Shown here: piece after piece, positions 1 through 6,603 of the stretch
How positions within the stretch are numbered: the first letter of the stretch is position 1
How the letters are laid out: every line of letters starts with the position of its first letter
From: Pyrobaculum calidifontis JCM 11548
GTDB lineage: Archaea > Thermoproteota > Thermoprotei > Thermoproteales > Thermoproteaceae
Length of the DNA: 32,000 bases
Direction: 5' to 3'
Assembly (NCBI RefSeq): GCF_000015805.1
Contig: NC_009073.1
Coordinates: 1,110,001-1,142,000 of the forward strand
Translations under genes and position numbers: made by a program
Notes under the pieces: model-generated
What the model saw: the letters and a program-made list of their open reading frames with translations, nothing else
Told to the model about the DNA's origin: nothing
Databases searched by the model: none

Positions 1-403
1 TCCACACGCCGCAGTTTGGCTTAAAGGGTGCTATCACATACGCGCCGGTCTCACACGCTGCTTCCTCTACTGCGGTGTAGTACGGCTTAGAGAGGACGAG
101 GACTAGGGTGGACGCCTCTGCCAGCTTTCTAAGCTTCTCCAACACGCCGCGCTCCGCGGCCCACCTCTTCAGCTCTTCTCTAGGTCTCCCGGACAGCGTC
201 TCGTCGTATGGCTCCACCACGTCGTACTCTCCCAGCAGGCCGTATTTGGCTGAGATTATGTACAGAGCCACGGGGGCGCCCCAGGCCCTGGCCTCGTCCA
301 CGGCCTTGACCACCCGCGCCACAGAGGGCCCGAGGTACAGCTCCCGGGCGGGGGCCGGCCTGCCCAGCTTCTTCGCCGTGCAGTTCGCCACGACGGAGAT
401 CAT
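1..403 (-). CDS. Conserved hypothetical protein, N-terminal part only (gene continues beyond the left window edge); DUF6884-like
   Basis: The minus strand is open from ATG (complement of 401-403) to position 1 with no stop. It is absent from the ORF track because no stop lies in the window. Hand translation: MISVVANCTAKKLGRPAPARELYLGPSVARVVKAVDEARAWGAPVALYIISAKYGLLGEYDVVEPYDETLSGRPREELKRWAAERGVLEKL... The pattern C..KK...pA.ELY...(I)SAKYGLL...EPYDETL matches my memory of the DUF6884-type family. Codon usage looks native. Confidence 0.6.
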   Translation of the reverse strand, partial: MISVVANCTAKKLGRPAPARELYLGPSVARVVKAVDEARAWGAPVALYIISAKYGLLGEYDVVEPYDETLSGRPREELKRWAAERGVLEKLRKLAEASTLVLVLSKPYYTAVEEAACETGAYVIAPFKPNCGVW

Positions 404-410
404 GCGAAAG

Positions 411-433
411 GTCTTTAATGGGGGGATTTATAC
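411..433. promoter_or_regulatory. Crossed divergent TATA boxes in a 34-bp intergenic gap
   Basis: TTTAAT at 414-419 lies about 24 nt upstream of the uppP ATG at 438. ATTTATA at 426-432 (TATAAAT on the minus strand) lies about 26 nt upstream of the minus-strand ATG at 403. Confidence 0.35.
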
Positions 434-437
434 GTGC

Positions 438-1241
438 ATGGATTGGATCGCCGGGCTTGTCCTAGGCGTGGTGCAGGGGGTAGCCGAGTGGTTGCCCATC
501 AGTAGCAAGACCCAGGTGATGTTCGCCTCCATGTGGCTACTCGGCCTAGACCCCGGCGTCGCATACTCGCTGGGGCTCTTCCTAGAGGCCGCGTCGGTGC
601 TAGCCGCGTTGATATACTTCCGGCACATCTACGCAACAGCGCTTAGGGGCTTTCTGGGCCATCCAGAGGGAAGGCGCTGGCTGGCCTACTTCGTCATGAC
701 CACCGCTGTGACGGGGGCCGTGGGAGTCCCGCTGTACGTGGCGGTTAGAAAGTCCATGCCCGCGGGGGCCGCCGGGTGGCTCATGGCCGCGCTGGGGGTT
801 GCCGTCATGTTAAACGCCTTTCTCCTATCAAGGGCGAAGAGGGCCGCCGGGCTGAAGGACTTTCGGGAGATTACTCTTAGAGACATGGCCCTAGTCGGCC
901 TCGCCCAGGCAATCGCCGTCCTCCCCGGGGTGAGCAGATCTGGCGCAACCACTACCACGCTACTCCTCCTCGGCTACAAGCCGGAAGAGGCGTTCAAGGC
1001 CTCCTTCGCCCTAGTCCCCATAGCCGGGTTAGGCGCAGCGGTGCTCTCATACGCCGCCGAGGGAGGCGCAGTGGCCACTGCCACTGCGGCGCTGGCCATG
1101 GCGGTGGGCGTGGCGGTTAGCCTAGCCACGATAGAGGCCTTACTCAGATTTGCAAAAAGCGGGAGAGCCGCGCTGGTAAACGCCGTGGTGGGGCTCATCG
1201 CCGTGGCAGGCGGCTTAGCCGCGTTAATTAGACCAGTCTAA
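438..1241 (+). CDS. uppP: Undecaprenyl-diphosphate phosphatase (BacA/UppP family)
   Basis: This is the tail of ORF 108-1241. The 108-437 part is antisense to the real minus-strand gene, so the start is moved to ATG 438 (MDWIAGLVLGVVQGVAEWLPISSKTQ). Multi-pass membrane protein carrying the two UppP signatures EWLPISS and PGVSRSGATTTT. Confidence 0.85.
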   Translation: MDWIAGLVLGVVQGVAEWLPISSKTQVMFASMWLLGLDPGVAYSLGLFLEAASVLAALIYFRHIYATALRGFLGHPEGRRWLAYFVMTTAVTGAVGVPLYVAVRKSMPAGAAGWLMAALGVAVMLNAFLLSRAKRAAGLKDFREITLRDMALVGLAQAIAVLPGVSRSGATTTTLLLLGYKPEEAFKASFALVPIAGLGAAVLSYAAEGGAVATATAALAMAVGVAVSLATIEALLRFAKSGRAALVNAVVGLIAVAGGLAALIRPV

Positions 1242-1296
1242 AAAACTGCATGAACAATTAAACCCTTGCGACGCCGAGATTTTAGACTGGGCAAAG

Positions 1297-1303
1297 TTTT
1301 TAT
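1297..1303 (+). promoter_or_regulatory. TATA box of mntH
   Basis: TTTTTAT lies about 27 nt upstream of ATG 1325, which fits a leaderless transcript. Confidence 0.4.
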
Positions 1304-1324
1304 CTAGAAGTCGGCTCTTCTTCA

Positions 1325-2455
1325 ATGGGTTGGAACGTCTTGGGGCCCGCCACCGTCGTCTCCGTGGCGTATGTAGATCCGGGGAACTTTGGGGCCAACA
1401 TAGAGGCTGGGATGAGGTTTGGCCTTTCCCTGCTCTGGGTGGTGTGGCTCAGCGGCGCGTTGAGCGTGGTGGTGCAGTACGCCGCGGGCATGGTGGGGGT
1501 CAGGAAGGGGGCTGGTATCTTCGACCTAGTGGGGAGGAGGTGGGTCGCGGCGCCGGTGGGGGTGGCCGTGGTCTTGGCCACGGACATGGCCGAGTACATG
1601 GGGGTGGTCCTGGGGTTGCACTTCCTATTCGGCCTGCCCTACGAGGCCGCCGCCGTGGTGGGCTTTGCCGATGTGGCTCTGCTCGCCGCGCTCGCCGACA
1701 GGAGGAGCCTCTTCGTGAAAGTGATAGGCGCGATGGTGGCGGCCATAGCCGTGAGCTTCCTCGTAGAGCTCTACTTGGTCAAGCCCGACTGGGCCGCCGT
1801 CCTGCGGTACTCGGTGACTCCAACGCTCAGCGGCGAGGAGGCGCTGGTGGCCGCCGCCATCGTCGGCGCGACCATCATGCCGCACGCAGTTGTGCTCCAC
1901 AGCCACTTGGCGGTGGGCCAGAGGCGGGAGGAACACCTGCGGCAGACCGTGGTCAACCTGCTCGGGGTCGCGGCCATAAACGCCTCAATCCTAATCTCCA
2001 GCGCGTACATGCTACACGGCGCCGAGGCCGACGTGGCCGACGTGCCCAAGTTGCTCGAGCCGCTCTACGGCCCCCTATCCGCCTACCTCTTCTCCCTAGC
2101 CATGTTGCTCTCCGGGCTCTCCTCCTCCGCCGTGTCTGTGGAGTTCGGCCTAATCACCGCCCGCCTCCTCCTGGGGAGGCCCGTGTCGGCTTGGAAGGCC
2201 AGGCTGGCGGCCAGGGCCGTAAACGTGGCGCCGGCGGTGCTCGCCCTCACGGCACTCGGCATGACCCCCCTATCCGTACTTGTATACACCCAGTTCGTCC
2301 TCGCCGCGGCGCTGCCAGCGGTGTTGGCCATGCTCTGGGCCTGCTCCAAGGGCGCAGTCGGCGGAGCCGTCAGGGCCGTGGTAGGCGCCACTGCCCTCTA
2401 CGCCGCGGCTCTAACCGCGTTAACTATTTTAGCTGGCGTACGGGTTGGGCCGTGA
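1325..2455 (+). CDS. mntH: Nramp-family divalent metal (Mn2+/Fe2+) transporter
   Basis: 376 aa, about 11 TM segments. Carries the TM1 motif VAYVDPGNFGANIEAG (DPGN) and the TM6 motif GATIMPHAVVLHSHL (MPH), both canonical Nramp metal-site signatures. Confidence 0.9.
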   Translation: MGWNVLGPATVVSVAYVDPGNFGANIEAGMRFGLSLLWVVWLSGALSVVVQYAAGMVGVRKGAGIFDLVGRRWVAAPVGVAVVLATDMAEYMGVVLGLHFLFGLPYEAAAVVGFADVALLAALADRRSLFVKVIGAMVAAIAVSFLVELYLVKPDWAAVLRYSVTPTLSGEEALVAAAIVGATIMPHAVVLHSHLAVGQRREEHLRQTVVNLLGVAAINASILISSAYMLHGAEADVADVPKLLEPLYGPLSAYLFSLAMLLSGLSSSAVSVEFGLITARLLLGRPVSAWKARLAARAVNVAPAVLALTALGMTPLSVLVYTQFVLAAALPAVLAMLWACSKGAVGGAVRAVVGATALYAAALTALTILAGVRVGP

Positions 2456-2862
2456 AGGGCCACGAGTACCTCAGGTACAGGCCCGAGCACTACCTAGAGG
2501 CCATACACCAGCTGGGGCCCCAGGCCACTCTCACCAACGTCTCCAAGGCGCTGGGGGTCAAGCCCAGCACGGCCAGGAAGATGTTGCTGGCACTGGAGAG
2601 GCAGGGCCTCGTCAAGTACCAAGGCCGTGGGGGCATCGCCCTCACCGAGGAGGGGCTTCGGCGCATAAGAGAGCTGGACGAGGTGCACAGGGCGCTGGCA
2701 GAGTTCTTCAAGGCCATAGGAGTGGAGGAGGACCTCGCCGAGGCCGAGGCGGAGAAGCTTGAACACGTGATAGACCGCAGAGTGGTGGAGAAGATGGCCA
2801 AGGCCGCGGCTCTGCTAAAGGCGCTTAGGGAATTCGCCTGCCCCCCTGCCCAGCGCCCTTAG
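2452..2862 (+). CDS. DtxR/MntR-family metal-dependent transcriptional regulator (short form, about 136 aa)
   Basis: Only the last third of the 1330-2862 ORF is protein-like. GTG 2452 overlaps the mntH stop (GTGA at 2452-2455). It has a wHTH ([42 protein letters not shown]) followed by a helical dimerisation region ([13 protein letters not shown]), as in DtxR/IdeR/MntR proteins. Confidence 0.75.
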   Translation: MKGHEYLRYRPEHYLEAIHQLGPQATLTNVSKALGVKPSTARKMLLALERQGLVKYQGRGGIALTEEGLRRIRELDEVHRALAEFFKAIGVEEDLAEAEAEKLEHVIDRRVVEKMAKAAALLKALREFACPPAQRP

Positions 2863-2871
2863 GAGAGCCGC
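2806..2871. repeat. Imperfect 21-bp inverted repeat (18/21) with a 24-nt spacer at the convergent DtxR-family/trpF overlap
   Basis: Arm 1 is 2806-2826 (gcggctctgctaaaggcgctt). Arm 2 is 2851-2871 (cagcgcccttaggagagccgc), whose reverse complement is gcggctctcctaagggcgctg. The spacer contains GAATTC. Confidence 0.8.
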
Positions 2872-3465
2872 CACCTTCCCCAACTCCTTTACCCCAGGCG
2901 CAGACTCTACGCCGCTGGCCACGTCCACCATGTAGGGCCTAAGCCCCGCCACGAGGTGGGCGTTCTCGGGGGTAACCCCGCCTGCCACTGCCACTTTGCC
3001 CATGTGCACAACCCGCCTAAGCTCGGAGAGGAGTACCTTGAGCCCACCCTCGTAGCGCGGCGCAGCCCCCTTCTCCCCGTCCACGAGGACGTACTCGTGG
3101 GGCAGGGCCAAAAGCCTGGCCACCGCCTCGGCCAAGTCGACGCCCGGCCTGTACACAGCCACGGGGGCAAGTCGCACCCCCCGCGAAGCCGCGTAGTCGA
3201 CGTCCGCCGCGGTGAGGCCGCCGTGGTGCTGCACCACCGGGATCTCAAACTCCGCCGCCAAGTCCACCGCCTCCCTGGGAGACAGACTCGCCGTGACGAG
3301 CACAGGCGTACTCTTATACACGGCGCCCCTAAGCGCCCCAAGCGCCTCCCGCCGCACCGACCGCGGACTAGTAGGCTCCACGATAAACCCCACGTACTCT
3401 ACCAAGCCGTCCAACGCCTCCGCATCCTCCACCCTGGCAACACCGCAGATCTTCACCAAAACCAC
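2815..3465 (-). CDS. trpF: Phosphoribosylanthranilate isomerase
   Basis: VKICGV near the N-terminus, then the (beta/alpha)8 TrpF pattern ending in ..[21 protein letters not shown]. The longest ORF starts at TTG 3474. I prefer GTG 3465 (or GTG 3456 giving MKICG), because TATA TTTAAA at 3485-3490 lies 20-30 nt upstream. The 3' end overlaps the regulator gene by 48 nt. Confidence 0.85.
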   Translation of the reverse strand: MVLVKICGVARVEDAEALDGLVEYVGFIVEPTSPRSVRREALGALRGAVYKSTPVLVTASLSPREAVDLAAEFEIPVVQHHGGLTAADVDYAASRGVRLAPVAVYRPGVDLAEAVARLLALPHEYVLVDGEKGAAPRYEGGLKVLLSELRRVVHMGKVAVAGGVTPENAHLVAGLRPYMVDVASGVESAPGVKELGKVAALLRALGRGAGEFPKRL

Positions 3466-3484
3466 AAAACGCAAAAAGACGCCA

Positions 3485-3490
3485 TTTAAA
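3485..3490 (-). promoter_or_regulatory. TATA box of trpF
   Basis: Minus-strand reading is GGTATTTAAATGGCGTC. It is preceded by a small CCTCC-N3-GGAGG hairpin (3493-3505) just after the stop of the upstream membrane gene. Confidence 0.45.
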
Positions 3491-3510
3491 TACCTCCAAA
3501 GGAGGCGGGA

Positions 3511-4146
3511 CTAAGCCGTTGGCCCGCCTTGTTGCTTCTGGCGGGAGTACGCCCACTCGTATACCGCCTCCTCTCCCCGCGAGGCGGCCATGTACAACAG
3601 TATCAACATTACGAGGCCTAGCAGGCCGGGGTCCACCGGCGAGAGTAGGCCAGACAACAGCGCCACCACCCCCACCGCCTTGAATAAGTCAACGCCAGAG
3701 TCTTCGGCTAGCTTGAGGAATACCCGCATGTAGAACCCACCGACAAGGACGCCCACGGGCCACGCGAGCCACCTCAGCGGAGATAGATCCGGCGGCCTGC
3801 TCCCCGCCTCGGCCAGAGATACGACCCACCACGCCAGCGCGGGCGCCGCCACTGCGGCCGCCACAGCCCCGCCCAGCGTCAGCCAAGCCGCATAGCGGTA
3901 CAGCCTCTCGTCGTAGAACTCGCTGAGGCCCAAAAACCCCTTAAACTCGAAGTACGCAGGCACGATGAAGAGCACGACGAAAAGAGACAGCGCGACGGCA
4001 AACGGCGTGACGCTTTGCGACAAGGCGGCAATAGAAAGGCCAACAAAGATGGCGAGAATCCCAACTACAGCAACGACAAAGCCGTATACAACTCCCCTCT
4101 TTATGTACTCAAACGCCTCCGCCGCCTTTCCCACGTCCTCGCCCAT
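3511..4146 (-). CDS. Integral membrane protein of unknown function (about 6 TM)
   Basis: Taken from ORF 3511-4287. The first 47 codons (MPILICLF...) are not protein-like and overlap the promoter. ATG at 4146 (MGEDVGKAAEAFEYIKRG...) lies about 24 nt downstream of a TATA. Long hydrophobic segments; native high GC. Confidence 0.7.
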   Translation of the reverse strand: MGEDVGKAAEAFEYIKRGVVYGFVVAVVGILAIFVGLSIAALSQSVTPFAVALSLFVVLFIVPAYFEFKGFLGLSEFYDERLYRYAAWLTLGGAVAAAVAAPALAWWVVSLAEAGSRPPDLSPLRWLAWPVGVLVGGFYMRVFLKLAEDSGVDLFKAVGVVALLSGLLSPVDPGLLGLVMLILLYMAASRGEEAVYEWAYSRQKQQGGPTA

Positions 4147-4495
4147 GGGGCATGGATTTCGAAAAAATATAAATCTGCAAAGGGGAGAGGTCGTAAAGAG
4201 GAGGGAGGCCCTAATCTCAAAGGAGCTGTTAAAGCTTGTAGCAGAGGGGAAGGTCAAGGTAACGAATAGGCAGATTAGGATAGGCAAGTGGAGGTTGGTA
4301 GAAAAACAATGGCGGTCCGAGGTCGTTAGGCACGGGGAGTTCCATTACGCTTGTCGTATTAGTAAATGGGGGCGCAGAAAGCCGACGATAGTGTTAGGCG
4401 TAGAAGGGGCTAGAGAGCTCGACCTCTACCTCCCGCGCCCCACTCGGAGATTTATGAGGCGGTTGAGGTCTCTCAAGTTCGATACGTGTATGTAG
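4145..4495 (+). CDS. Small hypothetical ORF (start very uncertain; may be non-coding or the 5' part of a degraded gene)
   Basis: This is the part of ORF 3965-4495 that is not antisense to the membrane gene. Translation: ...KELLKLVAEGKVKVTNRQIRIGKWRLVEKQWRSEVVRHGEFHYACRISKWGRRKPTIVLGVEGARELDLYL... No family recognised. Its last 82 nt overlap the open frame of the next ORF (open from 4414) in another frame. Confidence 0.25.
   Translation: MGHGFRKNINLQRGEVVKRREALISKELLKLVAEGKVKVTNRQIRIGKWRLVEKQWRSEVVRHGEFHYACRISKWGRRKPTIVLGVEGARELDLYLPRPTRRFMRRLRSLKFDTCM
4162..4174. promoter_or_regulatory. A/T-rich TATA element, possibly bidirectional
   Basis: AAAAAATATAAAT. On the minus strand it reads ATTTATATTTTTT, centred about 24 nt upstream of ATG 4146. 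Confidence 0.45.
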
Positions 4496-4707
4496 TTCCA
4501 GACGCCGTTGAAATAGAACTACTGGGCGACGAAGGTGAGACGTTAGGCAAAGTCGTAGCCGACGTGGCCGTCGAAGAGGGGATAACAGAGCCGTTGATAA
4601 CAGATGCCACAATAGATGCGCTTGGGATACAAGTGGTGAGCTTCGGCAAGGGGCTTTGGAGACACGTAAATGACCCTGAGGGAAAGGTAAGAAGCTCGGC
4701 CGCATAG
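4486..4707 (+). CDS. Small hypothetical protein; the C-terminal pattern resembles the second half of retropepsin-like (clan AA) proteins, but no DTG/DSG is present
   Basis: The frame is open from 4414, with GTG at 4486. Translation: YVVPDAVEIELLGDEGETLGKVVADVAVEEGITEPLITDATIDALGIQVVSFGKGLWRHV. The stretch PLI.D..IDALGI.V....G.L resembles the hhG.D.L..LG..hD motif. Confidence 0.3.
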   Translation: MYVVPDAVEIELLGDEGETLGKVVADVAVEEGITEPLITDATIDALGIQVVSFGKGLWRHVNDPEGKVRSSAA

Positions 4708-4732
4708 TTCCGCAAAGGCCCCGTTTGGCGTA

Positions 4733-5413
4733 GTGCAAATAAAGGGTGCATTGAACCTTGCTGTGGCTTACAGCGTCGCCGTAGGTAGTGGTGCACCGTT
4801 ATTGCTGAGGGTGATTGCAGTAGACTTCTCATATTACAGAGGCGCCGTGGGCATAGGCGTGGCCGTGTATGAGGGAGACTTGCGGCACGTTCTACGCCAG
4901 TCTTTCACTTTGTCGTGGGCTAGCCACAAAATTGCGGCGACGTGCGCGTCTAGGAGGTGTTTGATGAGGGCAATAGAAACGGCGCTCAGAGGCTTCCACG
5001 TCAGGGAGAGACTAGAGCAAGGACAGATACGCAGTTTCCTTAGACTGCTCAGGGGAAGGGGGCTAAGAGTCTCCTACTTACTTGCAACTAAGTACACAAG
5101 TGTAGTAATTAGCCGTATAGCACAGCGTGGTTTCCACGGCATAAACGTAATCGTTTATGACGAACTAAGCGGCGACGAGGCAGTGCGGGCGGAGGAGATA
5201 AAGAGGGGGCTTAAGGAAAGGAGACTTAGCATAATCGGCGAAATTCGTGGTAAAAACTATCTCGTTGCCCTTAGCGATATTGCCGCATATCTAGCCGCTT
5301 TAGACAACTACCTGAGTAAATATCCTCCGGACGATGAAGAAGGCAGGAGGGCGGAGGAGATGAAAGAAGAGCTAATTGAGTTATTAAAGCCGTATAACCT
5401 TGAATTACTGTGA
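4733..5413 (+). CDS. Hypothetical protein A of the 3-gene cassette; possible degenerate RNase H-like fold
   Basis: 226-aa ORF starting at GTG 4733, with alternative in-frame GTGs at 4763 and 4811. Motif order is VIAVDFS..GIGVAVY (D at nt 4823-4825), CLMRAIETAL, VIVYDE, ALSDIAAYLAA. The stop overlaps the start of gene B (GTGA at 5410-5413). Confidence 0.55.
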   Translation: MQIKGALNLAVAYSVAVGSGAPLLLRVIAVDFSYYRGAVGIGVAVYEGDLRHVLRQSFTLSWASHKIAATCASRRCLMRAIETALRGFHVRERLEQGQIRSFLRLLRGRGLRVSYLLATKYTSVVISRIAQRGFHGINVIVYDELSGDEAVRAEEIKRGLKERRLSIIGEIRGKNYLVALSDIAAYLAALDNYLSKYPPDDEEGRRAEEMKEELIELLKPYNLELL

Positions 5414-6603
5414 TTGCGATAACCGCGTATGAGGCGCTTGAGGAGATATGCTCAGAGATTAAGCAGTTTGGGGAGCCTGCAAATCCTGCGCTGGGCACAC
5501 AGCTGAAAAACGCCTATTCAGCTCTAAAGGCGGGGGGCGCCGTAGTGGGCTTCTACGGGCAGGGAAAGAGCTTGCTGGCCAATTTGACCGCTTTGGCGGA
5601 GCTCCTCCAGGGGAGGCGGGCAGTGGTGATAAGGGCTAATCAAGTGCTAGCAGGCGAGACGGAGTTGGAGGACGTGTCAACTTGCGGAATGTTGAACGAC
5701 GTCGTAAAAGAGTGCGGTGAAACGTACCGCGACTGGTTTAGAAAAGTCATAAAACTAGATGAGGGGGGTGCGATGCGTTTAAACTGTAGGGAAAAGCTCG
5801 AGGTAAGAGGGGAAAGGCTTAGTAAACTGGACTCAATAATCGTCGACTTGAGGTCAAGGGGTTTTACGGTTGTGGTAGACGAGCTAGAGAGACTAGTGGA
5901 ACAGCCGACGGCCTACGGCTTTAGAGACCTCCTAGACCTCCGCGAGCAGTTCTTCAACTTGGTGGATAGGCGTAGCGGCGCCGCCGGCTTTGCAATACCT
6001 GTGTCGCTTTGGGCGACATTTGACATACAGATAAAGTCGCGTATTGCCCCAGTCTACTTCATCTCAGGCGACGTAAGGCCGGAGGACATGCGTGAGTTTA
6101 TGAGAAGGAAGCTTGGGCAGACGCCGAGGGAGTTTGAGCCCGTCGAATTTAGAAACCCGCGAGTCGTAGCCGCTATATTGCGAGAGCTCGCTTCTGGTAA
6201 GAGCCCAGCCGACGTAGTTAAGTTGAGGCTTGAGGTGCTTAGAGCTCTCGCAGACCTCTTGGCCAAGGGGCCTAAGGTTAAGAAGGCCCTCTTCATAGCG
6301 TTGACGGCGGCGTGGCTAAGGCAGAGCGTCTACATGGAGTTTGACAAATCGATTTTTCAAAAGGCGACGTCTCTTGCCAAGGAGTACCTCGGGGCAGATG
6401 TGGACATGGGTGTTGACGAGGCGGTCAAAGTACTAAGGCGCAACAGAAAAGTTCGGAGGGGCGTCGCCGGTTATTACCTCTCTCCCCTCGTGGTACATGA
6501 GTTAGAGGAGCTGGCGAGAGGTGGCGGCTATCAGAAGAGGCTTCTGGCGCTCTTTGGGGAGGACGTAGTGCAGAGGATATCCACAGAGCTTGGCGTTGTA
6601 TGA
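5410..6603 (+). CDS. P-loop NTPase of unassigned family (protein B of the cassette)
   Basis: 397 aa. Walker A is GFYGQGKS (nt 5548-5571) and Walker B is FTVVVDELE (VVVDE = nt 5869-5883). About 230 aa of helical C-terminal region follow. Linked to both neighbours by 4-nt overlaps. Confidence 0.7.
   Translation: MIAITAYEALEEICSEIKQFGEPANPALGTQLKNAYSALKAGGAVVGFYGQGKSLLANLTALAELLQGRRAVVIRANQVLAGETELEDVSTCGMLNDVVKECGETYRDWFRKVIKLDEGGAMRLNCREKLEVRGERLSKLDSIIVDLRSRGFTVVVDELERLVEQPTAYGFRDLLDLREQFFNLVDRRSGAAGFAIPVSLWATFDIQIKSRIAPVYFISGDVRPEDMREFMRRKLGQTPREFEPVEFRNPRVVAAILRELASGKSPADVVKLRLEVLRALADLLAKGPKVKKALFIALTAAWLRQSVYMEFDKSIFQKATSLAKEYLGADVDMGVDEAVKVLRRNRKVRRGVAGYYLSPLVVHELEELARGGGYQKRLLALFGEDVVQRISTELGVV

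Noticed and set aside
108-437. N-terminal 110 codons of the 377-aa ORF 108-1241 (would give an extended UppP)
   Set aside because: This part is Ser/Ala/Thr-rich and not protein-like. It lies exactly antisense to a well-formed minus-strand gene (1-403). UppP homology begins at MDWIAG (ATG 438).
1271-1310. Possible DtxR/MntR operator in the mntH promoter (AGATTTTAGAC ... GTTTTTATCTAGA)
   Set aside because: Only the AGAT/ATCT cores are complementary (5 of 8 in the best register). This is not distinguishable from chance in an AT-rich promoter.
1330-2451. 510-aa ORF 1330-2862 in an alternative frame over mntH
   Set aside because: The translation is a monotonous Arg/Gly/Pro-rich string, typical of an off-frame reading of high-GC coding DNA. 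Only its last 136 codons (2452-2862, the DtxR-like gene) are genuine.
4147-4287. 258-aa version of the membrane ORF (start at 4287)
   Set aside because: The extra 47 codons (MPILICLFVTLTFPSATSF...) run through the TATA element at 4162-4174. ATG 4146 has correct leaderless spacing.
4320-4500. Catalytic DTG/DSG of a retropepsin upstream of ORF 4486-4707, or a simple frameshift restoring one gene
   Set aside because: I translated all three plus-strand frames by hand. No D-T/S-G motif is present, and the frames are closed by TAG at 4411-4413 and TAG at 4493-4495. An intact aspartic protease therefore cannot be claimed.
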